A stretch of 64,000 nt of DNA from an uncultured Fidelibacterota bacterium (GTDB lineage: Bacteria > Fidelibacterota > Marinisomatia > Marinisomatales > Marinisomataceae), in NCBI GenBank assembly GCA_902599655.1, contig CACKGC010000004.1:1357-65356 (forward strand), read 5' to 3'. The notes beneath the pieces are model-generated. The model had not been told where the DNA came from. It searched no databases and was given only the letters and a program-made list of their open reading frames with translations. A program made the position numbers and the translations under genes. This document shows, in pieces, positions 42,201-51,865 of the stretch. The stretch's first letter is position 1. Each line of letters begins with the position of its first letter.

Positions 42201-42539
42201 CCATGGACCAGGACCCATATCTTGTGTATAATCTCCAACGATTGTTCGAATTGAACCGTTCACTGTTGCTCCCATCCACAATGCAGATTGGAAGATTGAG
42301 TGAACACCTGTGCCTTTTGGCCATTCTAGCGCTGAATCACCAGAAACGTGATAATCCAGGAAGAGACCATTGTTAGCTACATCGGCATAGATTTTGTTCC
42401 CATCGAACGTACCAGTGGAATCCACAAGGTTAGATGAGCTGCTGAAGTTTGAAATATTTTTATCTCTCGCCTCAAGAACAGTAGAAACTGACAGCAACAT
42501 CACCATTGTGAATACGGTAATATTCTTTAAGATTTTCAT
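39276..42539 (-). CDS. Large secreted protein of unknown function with a T9SS type-A C-terminal sorting domain
   Basis: 1087 aa. Signal peptide MKILKNITVFTMVMLLSVSTVLEA. D/G/W/Y-rich body with no catalytic motif I recognise. The C-terminal ~90 aa (VWPNPYY...ATIRIFALDGTLVRTIKH...LPVASGMYVAHVETNRGDKILKLAVIQ) fit the Por_Secre_tail pattern. Confidence 0.7.
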   Translation of the reverse strand: MKILKNITVFTMVMLLSVSTVLEARDKNISNFSSSSNLVDSTGTFDGNKIYADVANNGLFLDYHVSGDSALEWPKGTGVHSIFQSALWMGATVNGSIRTIVGDYTQDMGPGPWGGDPLAAVHRIYKVEKSMLASPLDFADFQEWPVEFGAPWVDVDGDGVYTPLPGGTDHPEFLGDQVLWFVSNDGDPAYKLNFGTSPMNVEIQTTMFGFDRPDVFGDMVFLKQLVINKGDDDLVDTYMGLWSDPDLGYAGDDFVGCDVALGMGYVWNDGDDSQYSTLDIGTPAAGYDFFQGPMVPCEDGDSEEVCPTEGAKMFGTRHPGMKNLKMSSFAFYINGDATYTDPSDETEGYFYLQGLRKDGSAYPVEIAGDLYNQRFCFYGDPNDSAGHSTANPIDGNYAASADRRFLMSVGPFTMAAGDSQEVVFGIFHAAGGDALSSVAYLKEVDALAQTAYDIDFALPDSPPSPNVTASAFADQVILVWDDTAEDYVATSEVDLDANGNPTSFVFEGYNVYQYETASGAGAKKRLATYDIVNGVTEIYDTVFNAELGENINIRTQFGSDSGLSQFHSITTDGLNGNSKLITNRAYYYAVTAYGYNADGIPKTLESSPIFLTVRPEVPNTMSAGDATASAGDVVSAAHDGPSQGSVDMVVVDPSQLTGDDYSVTFDDVMPDGTVAVNWTLTNVTTGEVLVSNNPVVGGVNTATGLEVGPGGTPVVHGFQVQVNGPQEDLLSVSEWDHGWKENGVLRDPAVSYVPWASLGRTGYIIENRAGLHYSAPYNRDFDRFNYWESDDVELDFSTPSLGWDYIYEWVNSYVPFSAYRHNFATGQKEQMYAGYWDYDRDLDYEGSFANGDWAGPVYGAPAWEPIYCFVGMVATPYDPSKEAQYIADDDLITSGGVGWAFGGSDATTTSGAAITYPYMTATLFTDYLGSNVLPTQAGHAAWGSGYSTASSVVWEMSKPNSSADTFTFSTAGLEMVSNDYDPDRITVWPNPYYGYNPEERDALDRRVMFSHLPTEGPATIRIFALDGTLVRTIKHNDTGSQHTYWDMKNNFELPVASGMYVAHVETNRGDKILKLAVIQPEQRLDVY

Positions 42540-42565
42540 ATCTACCTCTTTACCTTCTTATTTAA

Positions 42566-45500
42566 TTAAAAACTAATGTTTAAACCAACCCTTACAGTGC
42601 GTGGTCTGTTCCATCTACCAGGAAACGCTAAGTTATCCTCGTACATAGCTGCCGCATCAACATCAGGATTGACAGATAATCTATTGGCAAGCCATTGCTG
42701 CCCACTTTCAGTAGCAACCCAGCCGTCTTCAGCTACGTTACCAGTACCATGATAAACATCATTTACCTGCTCTGAATCTAGCGCATTGAATACAGATATA
42801 TATGCGTTGGCAGTTAAGCCGCCTAAGCTAATAGCTCTATCAACACGAAGGTCTAGATTAGAGTATGCAGGTAATGTACCTGAGTTTACTGGTCCTTCTG
42901 GGAACTCCCAGCGATTCTCAAAAACTGTACTATAGATTTGAGATGGTGTGTAGCGAGTACCACTACCAAAGCTCATAACAGCATTAAATCCTGTGTTTGC
43001 TAAAGCACCTGTAGCATCAGGAGATCTCCAGTCAAGGATTACGTTTGCAGTGTGAGTTTGGTCATAGTCTAATAAGTTCATCGCTTTTGGATAACCATCA
43101 TCTGTACCAATCCAAGTAATGTAGAAGTTCTGTCCACCATATGAACCAGTACCTCTAGCTTCTGAGTAAGTATAGTTAGCTTGTGCGTACAAACCTCTAG
43201 TTCTGCGCATTTCAAAGTTTGTTGTCAAACCTTGAGATACCATAACGTCACCGTTTTGATATTGTGCCCAGTTTTGCTGAGTATCAGCACCACCAGTGTT
43301 GGTGAACGCATCTGTACGATTAGCTAACGTTAAGTAGTCTTTACTTTCTTTATAGAATCCTTCAACCTTTAATGAAGCAAATGCTCCGATACGTTGCTCA
43401 ATACCAATTTCGTACTGAGTTGATCTTTCAGGTTTTAATGCAGGATTCTCAGATGCAGTAGCATTACCAGCTAAGATGTCAGCTGATAGCTGTGAATCTG
43501 AAAGATATAAATAAGACATAGGTACTGATTGCCAGTGTGTACCATAGTTCGCACGGAATACTGTACGATCAGACACTGGGAATGAAACACCTATTCTAGG
43601 GTGAGTAGCGGTTTCTTTTTGTACTTTTTTCCATACGTAGTTACCGTTACCGTCACCGTTTCTGTTTACACGTTGTCTGTTAAAGTATAGGTTGTTAAAC
43701 CCGTCAGAGTCTCCATATCCGTCACCATCTGAGTCAGGAGCCATTGCACCTGTGTCAATAGTTTCAAATGAAAGACCTAACTGAACAACTACATCTTTAA
43801 ACTCAAGTTTGTCTTGAACGTAGAAACGTGATTGTGTTGGTTCTGCTGGAGCTAACATATGATCATCTTGATTATATGTACCGTTCCACTCATCACCATA
43901 AATATTGTATCCTAGATTTGTAACATACAATGATCTATAGTTAATAAATCTCCAGTCTGCTGGATCACTTCCTGCTGCAATAATTTCTTCGTTTGTTGCC
44001 ACTCCATCGAAGTTAGCATCAACCTGAGAAATTGCTCTTGCAACACCAGACGCGCTTAAGCCGTATCTAGTGATTTCATGGTTATCTATAGAAGCACCTA
44101 GTTTAAACTCGTTATAACCAATTTGGTTTGTGTAGTCAAAACTAATAGTGTTTGTTGTTGTTTTTCTAGTATCAAAAGATGTGTACTGTGATCCATAACC
44201 TACTACACCAAAAAATTCGTCTGGTGAAAGCGGGTTAAATCCTGTACCGTCTCTTTTATAATAGTTTGGAGAGCCAAAAGTTTTGGTTCTTCTACCATAT
44301 GCTTCAATATCGTTTAAGTAGTTCTCATTACCTGAAGTAGTTTCATATGTCTGTTGTGACAATGAAGCTTTAATATAAGATAATGGACTAATTGTATATC
44401 TAGCATTTAAATATCCCATAGTGAAATCTGACTCATTAATAAATGAACCGTCTGTTCCACCGTATACTCTACTCCAACTATAGCTATGTCCTTCATAGTC
44501 ATATGCCTGAGTACCGAGTTTTAAACGTAAAGGACCAAAGTCCATGGTCATATTACCATTGATGGTAATTCTTTCATTATCATCTTGTGGTTGTTGACCA
44601 TACATACGTCTATAATTACTGTAAACAACATAAGTGGTATCATAAGCAGCGACGCCCGCAGCTAATAATGCTGGGTCTGTCTGATTGTCTCTAATTACAG
44701 TTTCAATGTGATGAATTTTGTTTCCGCTTTCATCGGTTCCATACGCTAAGCCATCTGTTCCATCGCTGTAATAGTCAGCTGGTGGAGCATCTGTCATAGG
44801 CGTAGCATCCATCATTGGATAATAACTGTAAGAAACGTCTCCGCCTTTTTCTCTACTTTCAACAGATAAGTACACTTTAATGTTATCGCTAATTGGACCA
44901 CCAAAATCGAAGTTTACATTTTGGTATCCGTCTGTATAAAGCTTGTCAGGATCTGTACTTGGGTCTGCACCTAAAGAAGTTTCTACACCAACTCTAGAAG
45001 ACCAATCAGATCCACCAGTTTTAGTAGTGATGTTTACGATACCACCATTAGCACCACCATATTCTGCAGAGAAACCACCAGTTTGAACTGAAATTTCTTG
45101 CAGGGCTGCTTGTGAGTTACCGTTTAGAAGGTTTCCACCGCCATAAACATCTTTTACTGGAACACCGTCAACATAGTAACGACTGTCTCCACTTCTACTT
45201 CCACGGAAATATCCATTAACAACACCTGTTTGTAGGTTCACAATATTGCTAACCCCTCTAACAGCAAATGCATCAATCAACTCTTTGTCGACAACACGAG
45301 TTGTGTTAGTAGCATTCGGGTTAATTAATGGTCTTTCTCTAGTTACTGTAACTGCCTGACCGGCTACAGCTGCAACATCAAGGTTAAAGTCAACAGTGGT
45401 TGTAAAACCAACTGAAGTTCTAACTCCTGCCTCTACAACAGTAGTGTAACCAATATACTCGGCTCTTAGGTCATAAGTACCTACAGGAACGTCAAGAATA

Positions 45501-45682
45501 TAGTATCTACCTAATTCATCGGTAGCTGCACCAAGGTTTGATCCTTCAACCACAACGTTTGCTCCAACTAATGGATTACCATCAGCATCTGCTACAACCC
45601 CTGCCAATTTCGCAGTTGTTGATTGTGCAAACATCATTGTTGGTAGGAGAACTAGTGCAATTAACATACGTAGTTTTCTCAT
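42566..45682 (-). CDS. TonB-dependent outer-membrane receptor (SusC/RagA-like, with a CarboxypepD_reg N-domain)
   Basis: Start chosen at MRKLRMLIALVLLPTMMFAQ, which has a GGAGGT SD 8 nt upstream. CarboxypepD_reg-like AKLAGVVADADGNPLVGANVVVEG..YDLRAEYIGY, plug (YVDGVPV, GGFSAEYGGANGGIVNITTKTGG), a long barrel, and terminal ...VGLNISF. Confidence 0.85.
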   Translation of the reverse strand: MRKLRMLIALVLLPTMMFAQSTTAKLAGVVADADGNPLVGANVVVEGSNLGAATDELGRYYILDVPVGTYDLRAEYIGYTTVVEAGVRTSVGFTTTVDFNLDVAAVAGQAVTVTRERPLINPNATNTTRVVDKELIDAFAVRGVSNIVNLQTGVVNGYFRGSRSGDSRYYVDGVPVKDVYGGGNLLNGNSQAALQEISVQTGGFSAEYGGANGGIVNITTKTGGSDWSSRVGVETSLGADPSTDPDKLYTDGYQNVNFDFGGPISDNIKVYLSVESREKGGDVSYSYYPMMDATPMTDAPPADYYSDGTDGLAYGTDESGNKIHHIETVIRDNQTDPALLAAGVAAYDTTYVVYSNYRRMYGQQPQDDNERITINGNMTMDFGPLRLKLGTQAYDYEGHSYSWSRVYGGTDGSFINESDFTMGYLNARYTISPLSYIKASLSQQTYETTSGNENYLNDIEAYGRRTKTFGSPNYYKRDGTGFNPLSPDEFFGVVGYGSQYTSFDTRKTTTNTISFDYTNQIGYNEFKLGASIDNHEITRYGLSASGVARAISQVDANFDGVATNEEIIAAGSDPADWRFINYRSLYVTNLGYNIYGDEWNGTYNQDDHMLAPAEPTQSRFYVQDKLEFKDVVVQLGLSFETIDTGAMAPDSDGDGYGDSDGFNNLYFNRQRVNRNGDGNGNYVWKKVQKETATHPRIGVSFPVSDRTVFRANYGTHWQSVPMSYLYLSDSQLSADILAGNATASENPALKPERSTQYEIGIEQRIGAFASLKVEGFYKESKDYLTLANRTDAFTNTGGADTQQNWAQYQNGDVMVSQGLTTNFEMRRTRGLYAQANYTYSEARGTGSYGGQNFYITWIGTDDGYPKAMNLLDYDQTHTANVILDWRSPDATGALANTGFNAVMSFGSGTRYTPSQIYSTVFENRWEFPEGPVNSGTLPAYSNLDLRVDRAISLGGLTANAYISVFNALDSEQVNDVYHGTGNVAEDGWVATESGQQWLANRLSVNPDVDAAAMYEDNLAFPGRWNRPRTVRVGLNISF

Positions 45683-45929
45683 TATTCTACCTCCAAATGA
45701 GTATTTATATACAAATTTTTGTTTATTATTTATTGTCATTTTTTATTCTTACCCTATTATATATATGTGTAAAAAGCTACAATATATACACAGCCTCCAA
45801 AGGGTTCGTGCCCTTTCAGAAGCTAATTTCACCTAAATTGATGATTGTTTCCGTAGATGTCAATACATTTTTTGTACTTTTTTTTTGGTTCTCGTCGAGA
45901 AAAAACAGTTTTATCGACGGAGAGCGGTG

Positions 45930-47171
45930 TTAGGGGTGTGTATTATAAATTACTTGATTATTATAAGTGTCGTTGTTCTTGATGTTGAACGGCTGGCCTT
46001 TTAAAGAATAATTAAAAAAATCCAATACAGTTTTATCCATAACTTGATCCACTATTTTTTTGTCAACCTCTCCAAGACTGTCTAGCGGTAAAGCAAACGG
46101 TGCATTTTGATTATATATTAATTTCATATCTGTGTATGAGTAGTGTAAACTGTTTTTAATATATACTCCATAGCTTTCTTTATTGGTCGCTAAAATTGTA
46201 TTATAAATATCAAAATTTCTTTTTCCATCTTTTGAGAAGTTGATGTCTCCCTCAATGTCTTTATCAAGAAACTGTTCTTGTCCTATGTGCAAAAATGGTT
46301 TTTTTGTATTTGTTTGTGCGTCTTCATTTAGCAGTCCAAAAAACCAACCATCAAGAGCAACTCCTGCTTTGACTTCACTATTTTTGAGCATTGCAATGTA
46401 GGTTGTTCCGCCCCCCATTGAATGTCCCATTGCTCCCACGTTTTCAAAATCAATGTTGTTTTTAAATGGATTTACAGAGCCGTCATTTAGATTGTTTTGT
46501 TTTAACGTTTGTAATAAAAAGGCTAGATCTTGATACCTATAATTAATAAGAAGGTTGGTATAATATTTTTTATGGTATTGTGCTTGTTCGTTCCAGCTTA
46601 CGTTTTGTTTATATGGAATAGGGTTACCATCTTTATCAAATGTAATGCTTGCATTATAAGTGTGGTTACAGGCAATTACTATATATCCGTTACTTACCAG
46701 CTCTTCAACTTGAGATGTGTTTTGGGTTAAAAGCCCTCCGTCTCCATGTGAAAAAAGGATTAATGGGAATTTTTCATTTTGAATTGGAGAAAGCCCAAAA
46801 ACGCTGTTTGAAACTAGTTGGGTTCCATGGTTCCCAAAGCTTGCGGGCAAACCGGCTGTTTTTGCAATACTAGAAATTGATTTTTTTGGAAAAGTAACAT
46901 GTGGCGCTCTTTGATAGTTTTCTCCCCCTTCTGCAGGATACCATATTTGAACCATGAGCTCCCTGTAATCTGTGGGATCGGTGGTATAAACCTCACCTCT
47001 AGAGCTGTCTGTCCAAAAGTATACCTGTGTTCCAATATTATATTTTCCTTTTGGTGGATCAATAGACTCAAGGGGGACTAGCACGGAACCGACTACAGCA
47101 CACCCTTGCAGCGCCGCACAAACAAAAAATATGAATATTTTTAAAGTATTCTTTTGGTATAAAAAACTCAC
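45930..47171 (-). CDS. Alpha/beta hydrolase lipoprotein, platelet-activating-factor acetylhydrolase-like lipase/esterase
   Basis: Lipobox AALQGC. PLILFSHGDGGLLTQNTSQVEELVSNGYIVIACNH resembles the PAF-AH family. Nucleophile elbow GHSMGG. Confidence 0.65.
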   Translation of the reverse strand: MSFLYQKNTLKIFIFFVCAALQGCAVVGSVLVPLESIDPPKGKYNIGTQVYFWTDSSRGEVYTTDPTDYRELMVQIWYPAEGGENYQRAPHVTFPKKSISSIAKTAGLPASFGNHGTQLVSNSVFGLSPIQNEKFPLILFSHGDGGLLTQNTSQVEELVSNGYIVIACNHTYNASITFDKDGNPIPYKQNVSWNEQAQYHKKYYTNLLINYRYQDLAFLLQTLKQNNLNDGSVNPFKNNIDFENVGAMGHSMGGGTTYIAMLKNSEVKAGVALDGWFFGLLNEDAQTNTKKPFLHIGQEQFLDKDIEGDINFSKDGKRNFDIYNTILATNKESYGVYIKNSLHYSYTDMKLIYNQNAPFALPLDSLGEVDKKIVDQVMDKTVLDFFNYSLKGQPFNIKNNDTYNNQVIYNTHP

Positions 47172-47178
47172 GCCATAA

Positions 47179-48491
<1,313 letters not shown>

Positions 48492-48492
<1 letters not shown>

Positions 48493-50822
48493 TGCTAGAT
48501 AAGCTTGCTAGTTGGGACACGATCGATTTTTCTTCTAGCTCGGATGCAGAAATCACAAAAATTCTTAAAGAGTTAAATATTGCGCTAAGCGTTGACGAGG
48601 TAAAAAAAATTCAATTTTCGTTTCTTGACAGGCCAGCCACTTTAACAGAGCTTGTTCTGTTTTCTATACAAGGATCAGAGCACAGTTCATATAAAAGCAG
48701 CAAAAATCACATAAAACACTTTTTAACAGATGGGGATCATGTAATCTTGGGCGCTAAAGATGATGCGGGTGTTGTTTCGTTATCTGTAGATGATAATGGA
48801 AACAGGTATGGTCTTGTTGTAAGTCATGAATCACATAATCATCCCAGCCAAATTGTGCCTTATGAGGGTGCTGCTACTGGAGTAGGAGGAAACGTAAGAG
48901 ATGTTTGCTGTATGGGAGCAGAGGTGATGTCTTTGGGTGATAGTTTAAGGTTCGGAGATATCGATAGAAATAAAACAAAATGGATTGGTGATGGTGTTGT
49001 ATCTGGTATCGCGGGTTATGGTAATCCGCTTGGAATACCAAATGTTTGTGGTGACTTGTATTTTGACAAAGAATACAATGAAAATTGTTTGGTTACTGTA
49101 TTAACAGCCGGCGTAGTTAAAGAAAAAAATGTAATCAGGTCAAAGGCGCCTAAAAATTCTGTTAACTATGATTTAATATTGGTTGGAAAACCTACAGATA
49201 ATAGTGGGTTTGGGGGAGCAAGTTTTGCATCGCTAGAGCTTGAAGAAGAAAAAGAGCAGCAAAACAAGGGGGCTGTCCAGGAACCAAACGCATTTCTTGA
49301 AAGGCATATTCTAAAATCTACTTATGCCCTTTTTGACTATTTAGAAGAAAACAATTTAATAAATAGGGTTGGTTTTAAAGATTTGGGCGCTGGTGGTGTT
49401 GCTTGTGCAAGCATTGAGCTTGCGGACGCCGCTGGGCTGGGCGCTGAGGTTTGGGTAGATAAAATTCATACCAGCATGCCGGAGCTTGATGGTCACATTA
49501 TCCTTTGTTCAGAAACACAGGAGCGCTTTATGTGGGCATGTCCAAAAGATTTAACACAAACCATTTTAGACCATTACAATAAGGTGTTTGATTTTCCAAA
49601 TGTTTCAGTTGGTGCAATGGCAAGCGTTGTAGGAAAAATTATAAATGAAAAGCATTATACTGTTTTTTATAAAGATAAAAAACTTGTCGACGGTCCAATA
49701 GAAAAAATAAATGAGGGTTTTGTTTATAGTCGTCCAATGTCTGAAAAGAAAACCCAATTAGAAAACGATCCTCTGCCAGAAAAAATTGACTATAACGATT
49801 TAATGTTAAAAATTTTGTCTCACGAAAACGTGGCTTCGCGCGCGCCTGTTTATGAGTCTTATGATAAAAATGTTCAAGGAAGAGTTGTCAATGAGAGAGG
49901 GAAAACAAACGCTGGTGTGGTTGCCCCTTTTGACTCAAAAAAATTTCCAAAAGAAATTAAAGATGATTGTTTTTCTGCTGCCCTTGCTCACAACCCTTCA
50001 ATTGGTAAAATTGACCCATATCTTGTTGCGCAGCACGCTGTTATAGAGGCTTGTGCAAAAACTGTTTCTGTGGGCGCCTCCCCGCTTGCACTTACTGACT
50101 GTTTGTGTTTTGGAAATCCTGAAAAACCTGAACAAATGTGGCAATTTTCGCAAAGCTGCATTGCCATTAGGGAGACTTGTAGCCTTTTACATTTTAATGA
50201 AACAGACAATCTGCCAATAGTAGCAGGGAACGTAAGCTTTTATAACCAAAGCGGAGATCAATCTATTCCAGCAAGCCCAATGATAGGTTGTTTTGGAAGG
50301 GTTTCCAAAGAACAGGTTTTAATGAACGGGTTTAAGTCTGGCGATGCAAACATATATTTGTTGGGCGAAACTCCTGCCTTTATTGGTGGAAGTATCATTG
50401 TAGATGTTTTAAATATAGATAACACAAAGGTTAAAAAAATTGACGTACAAAAATATAACAACATGTTAAACTGTGTTTTAAAATCTAATTCAGAGGGTCT
50501 TATAAGCTCTTGTGGTTATGTTGGCCTTGGCGGTCTAGCAACATGTCTTTTTAAAATGAGCTTTGTAAACAACGTGGGGTGTTCTATTGAAAAAGATATA
50601 GACAAAAACCTGTTATTTAGCGAGAACTTTGCATTTGTTGTAGAGGTGTCGGAAGAAAGCTCTTCTTCTTTTGAGGGCATATTAAATAAAAGCAAGTGTG
50701 CCTATAAGCTAATTGGTAAAACTAATAAATCCAGTAAAATTGTTGTTAAAAATTTCATAGACTTGGATGTGGCTGAAACAAAAAAAACCTGGGAAAACGC
50801 TCTTAGAGAAAAACTTCAATAA
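48492..50822 (+). CDS. purL: Phosphoribosylformylglycinamidine synthase subunit PurL (small-type FGAM synthase II)
   Basis: 776 aa. Duplicated AIR-synthase-like domains (ESHNHPS, GAATGVGGNVRD). The start overlaps the purA stop (TAATG). Confidence 0.93.
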
Positions 50823-51865
50823 TGAATAAAAAAATTACCTATAAAGATGCCGGTGTTGATATAAAAAAAGCTGATGAAGCGATTGAAATGTCAAAGAAGG
50901 AAATTAGTAGCACTTTTAGTAAACATGTTTTGTCTTCGATTGGAGGCTTCGGTTCCATGTATTCGCTGAAAGACATATTTAATAATTATCGTGATCCAGT
51001 TCTGGTTCAAAGTATTGATGGTGTTGGAACCAAAATGTCTGTTGCTATGGCGGCGAACAACTTTCAGTTTATTGGTCACGACCTAGTAAATGCGTGTTGT
51101 AATGACGTTGCGGCTACTGGAGCTGTGCCTTTGACTTTTTTAGATTATGTGGCAGGTAGCGATCTTGATAAAAGCATTATTTCAAATATAATAAAAAGTG
51201 TTGCACAGGAGTGCAAGGAACATGGTGTTTCTTTGGTTGGTGGAGAAACTGCTGAAATGCCTGGGACCTATCACAAAAATGAATATGATTTAGTTGGGGT
51301 GGCTACTGGCATTATTGAAAAAAACAACATTATTGATGGGGCAAGCGTACAAGCGGGAGATGTGGCAGTTGGAGTTTTTTCAAACGGCCTTCATACCAAC
51401 GGCTACTCTTTGGCCAGGAAGCTTATTTTTGATACACTAGGGCTTTCAACGTCTGACACCCTGCCAGGGCACAACGTATCAGTAGGAGACTGCTTGTTGG
51501 CTCCACACACAAACTATAGTTCTTTAATCGGGCAAGTTCTTAATAAGGGAATTAATATTAAAAGTATTTCTCATATTACAGGCGGTGGCTTGGTTGATAA
51601 TGTTCCTCGCGTTATTCCTAAAGATGTCTCTTTGGAGGTCGATATTAACTCCTGGAATAAAATACCAATATTTGATTTCTTAAAAAATAACCTAGATATT
51701 GAAACAAAAGACCTATATCAAACTTTTAATATGGGGGTTGGCCTTGTGTTCATTGTAGAACAATCGGAAAAAGATAGATTGATTTCATTAATAGGTAAAA
51801 ATAGTTGTAGTGAAATTGGTGTTGTTGTTAAAGATAGCGTTAATGCGGTGCATCTTTATGGCTAA
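50822..51865 (+). CDS. purM: Phosphoribosylformylglycinamidine cyclo-ligase (AIR synthetase)
   Basis: 347 aa. YKDAGVDI N-terminus, DGVGTK, and GGETAEMPG. Confidence 0.95.
   Translation: MNKKITYKDAGVDIKKADEAIEMSKKEISSTFSKHVLSSIGGFGSMYSLKDIFNNYRDPVLVQSIDGVGTKMSVAMAANNFQFIGHDLVNACCNDVAATGAVPLTFLDYVAGSDLDKSIISNIIKSVAQECKEHGVSLVGGETAEMPGTYHKNEYDLVGVATGIIEKNNIIDGASVQAGDVAVGVFSNGLHTNGYSLARKLIFDTLGLSTSDTLPGHNVSVGDCLLAPHTNYSSLIGQVLNKGINIKSISHITGGGLVDNVPRVIPKDVSLEVDINSWNKIPIFDFLKNNLDIETKDLYQTFNMGVGLVFIVEQSEKDRLISLIGKNSCSEIGVVVKDSVNAVHLYG

Noticed and set aside
45683-45739. A 19-codon N-terminal extension of the TonB receptor ORF (MTINNKQKFVYKYSFGGRI)
   Set aside because: The internal Met at 45682 has a GGAGGT Shine-Dalgarno 8 nt upstream and begins a typical signal peptide. 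The extension has neither.
45538-45933. A 131-aa plus-strand ORF spanning the receptor 5' end and the intergenic region
   Set aside because: It overlaps the receptor signal-peptide region in antisense and then runs through AT-rich non-coding sequence. The translation is implausible and has no start context.
51810-51857. An upstream extension of the purQ ORF (MKLVLLLKIALMRCIF)
   Set aside because: It lies wholly inside the purM coding region in another frame. The PurQ homology begins at MAKKKIAYIQFPGSN (ATG at 51858).
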